This document shows positions 9,649 to 18,022 of a stretch of 64,000 nt of DNA, piece after piece; position 1 is the first letter of the stretch; each line of letters starts with the position of its first letter. The notes under the pieces are model-generated. The model saw nothing but the letters and a program-made list of their open reading frames with translations. It did not search any database and was not told where the DNA came from. Source of the stretch: an uncultured Calditrichota bacterium (lineage in GTDB: Bacteria > Calditrichota > Calditrichia > JAJRVZ01); contig CAZBBC010000001.1 in assembly GCA_964489835.1 (NCBI GenBank), positions 71,564 to 135,563 of the forward strand, in the 5' to 3' direction. The position numbers were made by a program, and so were the translations under genes.

Positions 9649-9882
9649 TCGAGATCTATTGTAAAACTGAGATATATCAGACATATTCGGAAAGGATCAA
9701 TGTAAAATTAAATTAATACTCGACCCAGCGGTCGAGATGATGGTCCGTTGGGTCGAACAATTCACCGGAATTGAAGTAATTGAAATACATCCCTGTGGTA
9801 TTTATTTAGAAGGGAAAAATTTTCCGGAGATATGCTTTCATGTTTGTTGTTAAATTATACTGGTATTGACAGGCAGGATAAT

Positions 9883-9916
9883 AAAAAAAAGCCGGACATT
9901 GGATTGCCCGGCTTTT
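9883..9916 (-). terminator. rho-independent terminator after the long Asp-rich-protein gene
   Basis: The minus strand reads AAAAGCCGG-GCAATCCAATGT-CCGGCTTTTTTTT: a GC stem (GCCGG/CCGGC, extendable by A:T pairs) followed by T8, about 27 nt after the stop at 9943. Confidence 0.65.
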
Positions 9917-9942
9917 GGTTAAATTCTTATGAACGTATGCTG

Positions 9943-10671
9943 CTAATTATTTCCACCTTTATTACCACCGTTTTTGTTGCCTTTTGTTCCGGAATCATCA
10001 GCGTTGCCATTACCGGAACCTGAGCCCAATCCAGAACCTCTCTTCTGCCCAGTCCCATTATTACCTCTGTCATCACTCTTTCCAAATCTATTCATCTGTC
10101 CGCTGCCATCCTGTGGGCGTTCGTAATCTTCATCCCGACCGTTAGGAATGCCGTCACCATCTTCGTCACGCATGTTGGCATTATCATTAATCCCATCACC
10201 ATCTTCGTCAACAAAACCTTTGCCATGCCCTTTTTTAGCCTTTGTGCCGTCAAAATCTGGATCAAGACCGTTCGGAATGCCATCACCATCATGATCCGGA
10301 GCGTTATCATTGTATCCATCACCATCCTCATCGACAAAACCGGCGCCATGCTGTCCCTTCACCTGAACCTCTGTGGAGGTTTGGATTTGTTCTTTATTCA
10401 GGCTCTGTGAGATATCTTGTTCCGGACGTGAGTCTTGTGTCTTTGTCTGGGTCTTGGTTGCGGTTTTGGTCAGTTTCTGATATTGGTTTTGCGCTTTTTT
10501 CTGATCCTGATCAGAATTCTGCGTCTTTGTCTGAGTCTTGGTTGCGGTTTTGGTTAGTTTCTGATATTGGTTTTGCGCTTTTTCCTGATCCTGATCAGTA
10601 TCCTGGGCAAAACTAATCGTTGCGACAAAAAAGATTGTCACTAATGTTAAGATTGAAAATAAATTCTTCAT
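9943..10671 (-). CDS. secreted Asp-rich protein with thrombospondin-type-3-like Ca-binding repeats (long paralogue)
   Basis: Start moved to ATG 10671 (AAGGAG 7-8 nt upstream), giving signal peptide MKNLFSILTLVTIFFVATISFA-QD. Contains a 2x28-aa tandem repeat (DQDQxKAQNQYQKLTKTATKTQTKTQxS). Repeats: DEDGDGYNDNAPDHDGDGIPNGLDPD, DEDGDGINDN and DEDGDGIPNGRDED. G/N/K-rich tail. Confidence 0.75.
   Translation of the reverse strand: MKNLFSILTLVTIFFVATISFAQDTDQDQEKAQNQYQKLTKTATKTQTKTQNSDQDQKKAQNQYQKLTKTATKTQTKTQDSRPEQDISQSLNKEQIQTSTEVQVKGQHGAGFVDEDGDGYNDNAPDHDGDGIPNGLDPDFDGTKAKKGHGKGFVDEDGDGINDNANMRDEDGDGIPNGRDEDYERPQDGSGQMNRFGKSDDRGNNGTGQKRGSGLGSGSGNGNADDSGTKGNKNGGNKGGNN
10432..10599 (-). repeat. 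84-bp tandem duplication (2 copies) inside the long Asp-rich-protein gene
   Basis: The core gtctttgtctg(g/a)gtcttggttgcggttttggt(c/t)agtttctgatattggttttgcgctttt occurs at 10439 and again at 10523 (offset 84 nt) with only a few mismatches. Confidence 0.85.
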
Positions 10672-10723
10672 GGTATTTCTCCTTTGGTTAATGATATTGT
10701 TTTTAAATTCAATGGGTGGTAGA

Positions 10724-10739
10724 ACAATTGGCGTGCCAA
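10724..10739 (-). promoter_or_regulatory. candidate sigma-54 (-24/-12) promoter for the long Asp-rich-protein gene
   Basis: The minus strand reads TTTTGGCACGCCAATTGTTC, i.e. TGGCACG-N4-TTGT with exact GG-N10-G(T) spacing. It lies about 50 nt upstream of ATG 10671. The -24 half matches the consensus perfectly; the -12 half is TTGT instead of TTGC. Confidence 0.5.
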
Positions 10740-10963
10740 AACATTTAACAGGCATATAACCTATTGTATTATAAGCATTTACACAAAACAAACCGGGGCG
10801 AAATTAAAGGAATAATCCGACTATCCGGACGAAAAATATTACCGATTAGGCGAAAACGGACCATTTTTTACATTATCCAAAAGAAGGTATGAGAATCATA
10901 TAAAAAACAGACGATTAAATAAACGGGCAATAATTTTAATGTGAAGTTGTATGGTAAGATATA

Positions 10964-13009
10964 TTATATTTTTTGAAACCGTATCGGTAATTGTATAATA
11001 AAAGAGGTTCCTTTCTGTTTCTCACTTTCAACGGTTATAATACCTCCATGTTCGTAAATAATTCTCTGAACGATGCTCAAGCCAATACCGGTCCCTTTTG
11101 CTTTGGTTGTAAAATAGAGATTGAAGATATTGCTACGGATTTTTTCTGGCATACCCGGACCGTCATCTTTTATCCGAATTTCAAGCATGCGATCGTTGTT
11201 TTTGATCAGAGAAATTGTAATATTTCCACTCTTGCCAATAGCATCAACGGCATTCTGAATAATATTCATAAATACTTGAAGAATCTGATGATGATCCCAC
11301 AGCACTTTGCCATTCCAATCTAAAACAACGTTTAAATTTATTTGACGTTCTTTCATCAAATAGTGATATTGTTTTTCCAACTGATTAAAAAGTGTCTCAA
11401 CCTGAAAAGACTGGACCTGGATCGGTTCCGGTCTGGCAAAACGCAAAAAATCCTGTATCGTTTCGTTTATCCTTTTTACTTCACTGGCTACCAGCGCTGC
11501 CAATTCATGATATTCATCGCGGTCTTTTTTTGGTTCAAAATCTTTTTTAAGTTGCTGAATAATCGTTCCGATTGTATTAAGCGGATTTCTGATTTCGTGG
11601 GCGACGCCGGAAGCTAACTCCCCCATGGCGGTTAATCGTTTCTCCCGTTCCATCTGTTCTTCGAGTAGCCTTTGGTGGGTGAGATCGCGCATAACCAGAA
11701 TAGTATTTTCGATCCCCATGCTGTCAGAAAAATAACTTTTTGATATGAGCAAATATTTTGTTTGTCCGTTTAGAGAACAGTTGACATGCTGGAGCAATGA
11801 GGATTCACTTAATATTTTGTGACCATCTGTTTCAGAGAATAGACGTGAGGGTGAAGCACCCAAAATCTCATTTTTATTCAATTTGGATAATTTTTCTGCC
11901 GCTGAATTAAAGATTTTAATACCGGTTACCTGATCAAAGACAATAATCGCATCACTCACATTATCAATAATATTTCCGGAGTATGTTTCTACTACGTCGT
12001 ATTGTTTCTGCAACATTGAGAATCTCTGGCGGGTAAAAATGAATGTAATCATAAATGATCCCACAACAACCAGGACAATTGTAATTATAATAAGTCGTCT
12101 ATAAATTCTTTCATTAATGTCCTGTATCGGTTCTATGGATAAACCGACACGGAGCAGACCAATGGTTTCATTGTTAAAAACAAACGGGTGAACCGCTTCG
12201 AATACTTCCAATGAATCAAAGGCAACGATTCTGGTAAGGAGTAAAGAATTCTGCCATGAGCGACGGAGAAAATCTGAGGTTGTGACTCCTTCCAGAACCT
12301 TTACATTACCGGAAGCAGCTAAAATGTTAGCAGTATCCTGGAGGGCAGTATATATAATTCTTGGATTATCTACCGTAACATTTCGGAGTAAAGCGCCGAA
12401 GCCAATATGCTGTTTAAATTCCAAAATTTTCCGGGCATCAATGTTTAATACAATAGCGCCTCTGTTTTTTAGCGCAAGGGCCACGGCAAATCGATAACCA
12501 TTTTCAAAACGGGCTTTTTTAATACCAATGATTAAAGTATCCACGGTTCCAGAGAAAATTGGGAGAAGAATTTTTTGAGGAGAATTTGTTTCTGTCAGGC
12601 CAAAATGTTCCTGTTGATGACTTGAAAAGAGTTTCTGTCCTCGGCGATTAAAAATATTTATCCTGTAGATATCATTTTCAATACTTATTTGTTTTAAAAG
12701 TTCATTGGAGAGGTTTCCGTTTTCATAGAGTTTCTTAATTAAATTGCCGTTGTTTAATAGACGTTGTTTCCAAAGATCTTCCAGATAGGTGTTGGTTAGA
12801 AGCGAATTTTTTGATGCGACAATTAAGGATCCTAATAAGGCATGAGCTTGTTCTTCCATTAACTGATACAATTCTTTTTTACTTTGATACAGCTCAATGA
12901 TCGCACTAAGAATCATTAAGAAAGCTAATGAAATAAATATCAAGAGGATATTTCTGGATTTGTGAAGAAACGTATTTCTTTTAATCTTCGTTTTCATTCT
13001 TAAATTCAA
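10964..13009 (-). CDS. sensor histidine kinase (periplasmic sensor domain, PAS, HisKA, HATPase_c)
   Basis: Two TM segments (ILLIFISLAFLMILSAIIELY and LIIITIVLVVVGSFMITFIF) bracket a ~270-aa extracytoplasmic domain. A PAS-like region follows, then H-box GVAHEIRNPLN, N-box IIQNAVDA, G1 DDGPGM and G2 GTGIGLSIV. Confidence 0.9.
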   Translation of the reverse strand: MNLRMKTKIKRNTFLHKSRNILLIFISLAFLMILSAIIELYQSKKELYQLMEEQAHALLGSLIVASKNSLLTNTYLEDLWKQRLLNNGNLIKKLYENGNLSNELLKQISIENDIYRINIFNRRGQKLFSSHQQEHFGLTETNSPQKILLPIFSGTVDTLIIGIKKARFENGYRFAVALALKNRGAIVLNIDARKILEFKQHIGFGALLRNVTVDNPRIIYTALQDTANILAASGNVKVLEGVTTSDFLRRSWQNSLLLTRIVAFDSLEVFEAVHPFVFNNETIGLLRVGLSIEPIQDINERIYRRLIIITIVLVVVGSFMITFIFTRQRFSMLQKQYDVVETYSGNIIDNVSDAIIVFDQVTGIKIFNSAAEKLSKLNKNEILGASPSRLFSETDGHKILSESSLLQHVNCSLNGQTKYLLISKSYFSDSMGIENTILVMRDLTHQRLLEEQMEREKRLTAMGELASGVAHEIRNPLNTIGTIIQQLKKDFEPKKDRDEYHELAALVASEVKRINETIQDFLRFARPEPIQVQSFQVETLFNQLEKQYHYLMKERQINLNVVLDWNGKVLWDHHQILQVFMNIIQNAVDAIGKSGNITISLIKNNDRMLEIRIKDDGPGMPEKIRSNIFNLYFTTKAKGTGIGLSIVQRIIYEHGGIITVESEKQKGTSFIIQLPIRFQKI

Positions 13010-13156
13010 TGTATTTATACTGCGGTTTAATCTATTTTCGACAAAAACGTTCTATTTTCACCCCGGCGGATCAAGGAGGCCATGGCGGTTATCAATATTT
13101 TCATCCGGACCGGCGCACTATACAGCCAGAAAACCGACCGCGGGCTCACATTAAAA

Positions 13157-14689
13157 TTATATATCAAATTTTATCCCCTGTGCCAGTGGTAGATCATGAC
13201 CATAATTAATCGTATTCGTTTGACGCCTCATATACGTTTTCCAGGCATCAGAACCGGACTCTCTCCCTCCGCCGGTATCCTTTTCACCCCCAAAAGCCCC
13301 GCCGATTTCAGCCCCGGATGTACCGATATTAACATTGGCAATACCACAGTCTGAACCTCGACCCGACAGAAATTCTTCCGCTTCGTGCATATTTGAAGTA
13401 AATATTGCAGAGGACAAACCCTGGACTACTCCATTGTGAATTTTTATCGCATCTTTGATATTCCCTTGATATTTGATTAAATATAGGATCGGTGCAAATG
13501 TTTCCTCCTGGACAATATTAAAATGATTTTCAGCTTCCGCTAATACTGGTTGAACATAACATCCGGATTCATAACCCGGACCATCTAAGATATCCCCACC
13601 ACATAGTATCGTACCACCTTCTTCTTTTAATTTTTGCAAAGCAGTCTGCATGGTTTTAACAGCACCCTTATCAATCAGGGGGCCCATATGATTGCTTTCA
13701 TTCAGCGGTGAACCGATTTTTATGCTTCCGTAGGCCCGTAATAATGATTCTTTGACTTTATCAAAAATAGATTCGTGAATAATCAATCGTCGCGTGGATG
13801 TGCATCGTTGCCCGGCAGTGCCAACTGCCCCGAAGACAATCGCTGGAATAGCCATTTTAAGATTCGCATGAGGGGTTAAAATTATTGCATTATTACCACC
13901 CAATTCAAGAATATATTTTCCCAGACGTTTCCCAATTATCTGAGCGGCGTGACGGCCGACCTCCGTTGAACCGGTAAGTGAAAGGAGAGGAAGACGCCGG
14001 TCATTCAACATCCGTTCTCCGATGGTCCGTCCGGAGCCGACCACCAATGAAAAAACACCTTCGGGAAGATTGTTCTCTTTAATCACGTCACCGATAATAT
14101 TCTGAACAGCAATTGCGGTTAATGGTACTTTTGACGCAGGTTTCCATAAATTTACGTCCCCACAAACGGCAGCGATCATCGCGTTCCAGGCCCAAACGGC
14201 AACCGGGAAATTAAAAGATGAAATGGTAGCCACGATTCCCAGCGGATGGTATTGATCATACATACGATGATCGGGACGTTCAGACTGCATCGTAAAACCA
14301 TACAGCTGGCGGGATTGCCCGACGGCAAAATCACAAATATCGATCATTTCCTGAACCTCACCCCACCCTTCCTGTAAAGACTTTCCCATCTCAAAGGAAA
14401 CCAGAGTACCCAGAGATTTTTTATAATCACGTAACCGCAGTCCAATCTGGCGGACGATTTCTCCACGCTTTGGTGCCGGTACCTGACGCCAGTAAAAAAA
14501 GGCTTCTTCTCCCTGTCTAACTGTTGCTTCGTAATCAGCTTCCGAGGCCGGATAAACACTAGCAATATATTCGCCTGTCGCAGGGGAATGTATTCTCATT
14601 TCGTCCTGGTTAATCGTTTTATTCCAATTTGTGCCCGTAGAAGATCCGAAGTTTTTTTCATTGATACCTAAATCCTTTAAAAAATCCAT
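13157..14689 (-). CDS. ALDH7-family aldehyde dehydrogenase (alpha-aminoadipic semialdehyde / piperideine-6-carboxylate dehydrogenase type)
   Basis: Start moved to ATG 14689 (AAAGGAG 6 nt upstream); the track start 14704 is TTG. The sequence is colinear with antiquitin/ALDH7A1 as I remember it: PAPKRGEIVRQIG, ELGGNNA, GTAGQRCTS and the near-identical C-terminus GGEKDTGGGRESGSDAWKTYMRRQTNTINYGHDLPLAQGIKF. Confidence 0.88.
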   Translation of the reverse strand: MDFLKDLGINEKNFGSSTGTNWNKTINQDEMRIHSPATGEYIASVYPASEADYEATVRQGEEAFFYWRQVPAPKRGEIVRQIGLRLRDYKKSLGTLVSFEMGKSLQEGWGEVQEMIDICDFAVGQSRQLYGFTMQSERPDHRMYDQYHPLGIVATISSFNFPVAVWAWNAMIAAVCGDVNLWKPASKVPLTAIAVQNIIGDVIKENNLPEGVFSLVVGSGRTIGERMLNDRRLPLLSLTGSTEVGRHAAQIIGKRLGKYILELGGNNAIILTPHANLKMAIPAIVFGAVGTAGQRCTSTRRLIIHESIFDKVKESLLRAYGSIKIGSPLNESNHMGPLIDKGAVKTMQTALQKLKEEGGTILCGGDILDGPGYESGCYVQPVLAEAENHFNIVQEETFAPILYLIKYQGNIKDAIKIHNGVVQGLSSAIFTSNMHEAEEFLSGRGSDCGIANVNIGTSGAEIGGAFGGEKDTGGGRESGSDAWKTYMRRQTNTINYGHDLPLAQGIKFDI

Positions 14690-14992
14690 TGAGACTCCTT
14701 TCAAATTGTTTCATAGTGTAAAAAAAACCACAGATTACAAATCCAATGCTTAATTTCGTACCCTCGGATCAGTCAACAACTGCTGAGAGGGTCTTTTAAA
14801 ATATACGATTAAATGGCAATAGATTGTAAATTTTTTAGTTTTACCTGCTAATTTATCTTATTACATTGTGAAATTTACAAACCATAGAAATATTACTTTT
14901 TCATTAATACTTCATTATATTTGTCGCGCGAAGAGAGATAATTGGTCTGTGTTTGTTTTTTTATACTGACGAGAATAGACTTAGGATTTAAT

Positions 14993-16708
14993 ATGAATAA
15001 AAAAGAAATAGCGAAAATTTTAGAGGAAATCGGAATTATTCTTGATCTTAAAGATGAAAATCCTTTTAAAATAAGAGCGTATTATAACGGTGCCCGAATT
15101 ATCGAAACCCTGGATAAAGACATAAAGATATTGGTTGAAAACGGAGAACTCGCCCGGATTAAAGGTATTGGCCAGGCATTATCTGAAAAAATATCTGTAT
15201 TGGTGACAACCGGCTCCCTGCCGTTCTATGAAGAATTAAAGTCATCCATCCCCGAAGGGCTGCTTTCTATGTTAAAAATTCCTGGTTTAGGCGCGAAGAA
15301 AGTTAAAATTATACATAAAAATTTGTCTGTTACTACGATCGGAGAATTAGAATATGCCTGCCGTGAAAACCGGCTACGAGATCTTCAGGGATTTGGCCAA
15401 AAAAGCCAGGATAAAATACTCCAAAGCATAGAAAAACTCAAGAAATACAGTAAACGTTTTCTGTTTCCGGTGGCAGAAGAAGTCGCACAAGGCATACTCG
15501 AATATTTAAAGAAAAACACAAAATTAAAAGCCGTCGAAGTCGCCGGCAGCTTGCGCAGGAAAATGGAAACAGTAAAGAATCTGGATATCATCGGTTGTTG
15601 TGACAACAATAATCAGGAAGAGCTCATGGAATATTTTGTCAACTATGACCAAAGCGTTGAAATCACCGGTAAAGGTATGACCAAAGCAGCGATTATCCTA
15701 AATACTGGAATCACTGTTGAACTGAGATTGGTCGATGAGAAGACATTTCCGTTCCTCCTGCTTCATGTCACAGGTAGTAAAGAGCACAACACACAGATGC
15801 GCCGGCTGGCAAAAGAGAATAAAATGATCTTAAATGAATATGGATTATTTCGGGGGGGCCAATTGATTACCTGTTCGGATGAAAAGGAGATCTTTAAAAA
15901 CCTTGGTTTACCATTCATTCCGCCGGAACTGAGGGAAAGCATGGGGGAAATTGATGCAGCAAAAGAAGGAACATTACCGGAATTGTATGATGGTATCCCT
16001 TTTTATGGACTTTTTCATGTACATACAACATACAGTGACGGGGCAAACACCATGGAAGAAATTGCGCTATCTTGTCAGAAAATGGGTTTTGATTATGTGG
16101 GAATTTGTGATCATAGTAAATCTGCCTTTTATGCAAATGGTCTCACCGAAGAACGTGTTATTCAACAACATAAAGAGATTGATCAACTGAACAAAAAAAA
16201 TCGGGAGTTTAAAATTTTCAAGGGTATTGAGGTTGATATTCTAACGGATGGATCTCTCGATTATGATAATTCAGTTCTGGCAAGTTTTGACTTTGTTATC
16301 GCTTCCATCCACAGTCAGTTTAATCTGACAGAAGACAAGATGACAGAGCGTATCTGTAGAGCCTTACGTAACCCCCATGTAACCATGCTCGGTCATCCGA
16401 CGGGGCGGCTGCTTCTGGCCCGGGAACCCTATGCCGTAAATATGTATGAGGTTCTTAAGGTTGCTGGTGAAAATGATAAAATGATTGAGATCAATGCCAG
16501 CCCCTACCGGCTGGATCTTGATTGGCGGTGGGGGAAAATATTCCGCAAGAAAGGGGTAAAAACAGCACTAAACCCAGACGCGCACTCGATTGACGGTCTT
16601 GCAGATTTTAAATACGGTATTGGAATTTCCAGGAAGGGTTGGTTTGAAAAAAGTGATATTTTAAATACATACACCACCACCCAGGTCACAAAAATTTTTA
16701 ACAAGTAA
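14993..16708 (+). CDS. polX: family X DNA polymerase with C-terminal PHP phosphoesterase domain
   Basis: Start moved to ATG 14993 (MNKKEIAKILEEIGIILDLKDENPFKIRAYYNGARIIE, the typical PolX N-terminus). HhH motifs (IKGIGQALSEKI, IPGLGAKKV), nucleotidyltransferase GSLRRKMETVKNLD and PHP motifs (HVHTTYSDG, ICDHS, SIHS, NPDAH) are present. Confidence 0.9.
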   Translation: MNKKEIAKILEEIGIILDLKDENPFKIRAYYNGARIIETLDKDIKILVENGELARIKGIGQALSEKISVLVTTGSLPFYEELKSSIPEGLLSMLKIPGLGAKKVKIIHKNLSVTTIGELEYACRENRLRDLQGFGQKSQDKILQSIEKLKKYSKRFLFPVAEEVAQGILEYLKKNTKLKAVEVAGSLRRKMETVKNLDIIGCCDNNNQEELMEYFVNYDQSVEITGKGMTKAAIILNTGITVELRLVDEKTFPFLLLHVTGSKEHNTQMRRLAKENKMILNEYGLFRGGQLITCSDEKEIFKNLGLPFIPPELRESMGEIDAAKEGTLPELYDGIPFYGLFHVHTTYSDGANTMEEIALSCQKMGFDYVGICDHSKSAFYANGLTEERVIQQHKEIDQLNKKNREFKIFKGIEVDILTDGSLDYDNSVLASFDFVIASIHSQFNLTEDKMTERICRALRNPHVTMLGHPTGRLLLAREPYAVNMYEVLKVAGENDKMIEINASPYRLDLDWRWGKIFRKKGVKTALNPDAHSIDGLADFKYGIGISRKGWFEKSDILNTYTTTQVTKIFNK

Positions 16709-16894
16709 ATTCTATTTGATTTAAAATATTCTCTACTCATGATGTTTGTTCATTCTCGATGCATTTTCAAATTAACTTCCTTTCATTTTTTTCAAGCAAA
16801 AGACGACAGGCATCATTCAAATTGCCACCCGGTATCAATTAGAGAATAACAATTGATTACCAAAGACAAAATGCTATCACCAATGGAGGATAAA

Positions 16895-17944
16895 ATGAAA
16901 ACGATTAAAATAATTTTGCTCTTAATCCTGCTACGTATAATAATTATTAATATCACTTCCTGTGACACCAAAGCCGACCCAACCGCTCAGACAAATAAAA
17001 TTAACGTGAAAACAGCTCTGGTCAGAGAAAAGACTTTTAGCCTTCCAATCAACACCAGTGGAAAATTATATACTTCCGCCGAGTCCAAATTATCATTTAA
17101 AATTCCAGGGATTATTGCCAGAATTTATGCTGATGAAGGACAAATGGTATCAAAAAACGCACTGCTTGCTGAACTGGATCTGGTTGAAATAGAAGAGAAA
17201 GTAAGTCAGGCACGAAGTGCGGTGCGAAAGACACAACGAGACCTGAAAAGGGCTAAAAGGCTTTACGCAGATAGCGTGGCAACATTGGAACAGCTGCAAA
17301 ATGCCACCACTGCATTTGATATAGCCACGTCGGATGTCAAGATAGCAGAGTTTAACCTGAAACATGGTGCTATTTATGCTCCTGAAAACGGAAAAATTTT
17401 AAAACGATTGGCCGAGGAAAGCGAACTAGTAAGATCAGGTATGCCAGTCTTATTGTATGGATCTCACCGCCGTGGCTGGGTCGTACGTGCCGGTGTCACT
17501 GATCAGCAAATTGTGCGATTAAAAATTGGAGATACCGCCAACATCATATTTGATGTCTATCCTGAAAAGATCTTTAGGGCATTTGTATCAGAAATTGAAG
17601 CAGTGGCAAATCCATATACTGGCACATTTGAAGTCGAACTTCAATTAGAAGATAAAAAAGCCCGGCTTTATTCGGGATTTGTAGGCAAAGTGAGAATAAT
17701 TCCCACTGATTCTCAGACTTATTCAATTATACCAGTAGAAGCTTTAATCGAGGGAGTCGAAAATGAAGGATTTGTATACCAGGTAATCCGGGGAGAAAAT
17801 CGGGTAAAGAAACACAAAATCAAAATCGATAGAATTTATAATAATTTTCTTTTAGTCACTTCAGGGTTTGAAACTGTGAAGGAAATTGTAACCATTGGCG
17901 CGCCCTATTTAAACGAAGATAGTATTGTAAATATAATAGAATAA
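16895..17944 (+). CDS. efflux RND transporter periplasmic adaptor subunit (membrane fusion protein)
   Basis: Start moved to ATG 16895 (GGAGGA 5 nt upstream). Lipoprotein-type signal (...IIIINITSC). Has the coiled-coil hairpin region and barrel-sandwich layout of HlyD/AcrA-family adaptors. It lies directly upstream of an RND permease. Confidence 0.85.
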   Translation: MKTIKIILLLILLRIIIINITSCDTKADPTAQTNKINVKTALVREKTFSLPINTSGKLYTSAESKLSFKIPGIIARIYADEGQMVSKNALLAELDLVEIEEKVSQARSAVRKTQRDLKRAKRLYADSVATLEQLQNATTAFDIATSDVKIAEFNLKHGAIYAPENGKILKRLAEESELVRSGMPVLLYGSHRRGWVVRAGVTDQQIVRLKIGDTANIIFDVYPEKIFRAFVSEIEAVANPYTGTFEVELQLEDKKARLYSGFVGKVRIIPTDSQTYSIIPVEALIEGVENEGFVYQVIRGENRVKKHKIKIDRIYNNFLLVTSGFETVKEIVTIGAPYLNEDSIVNIIE

Positions 17945-18022
17945 TGCATTTGCTGTTTGTACCATTGAAGCATTGGTGTTGGAATGAAAATTATAATATA
18001 ATGTAATGTTAGGAAATTGAAT

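Noticed and set aside
10242-10616. 124-aa plus-strand ORF with striking His-rich runs (HHHHDPERYHCIHHHPH), which could look like a metal-binding peptide.
   Set aside because: It lies antisense to the Asp/Gly-rich repeats of the minus-strand gene (GAT/GAC-rich codons read as His/Ile on the other strand). It has no RBS or signal. The minus-strand gene has a signal peptide, an RBS and a paralogue. This is a shadow ORF.
13010-13156. A locally GC-rich patch (CCCCGGCGG, CCGGACCGGCGC, CCGCGGGC) between the kinase start and the ALDH stop, considered as a structured RNA or terminator.
   Set aside because: I could not fold a convincing stem plus U-run, and it does not match any RNA family I know. I note it only as a possible regulator-binding region in the sigma-54 locus finding.
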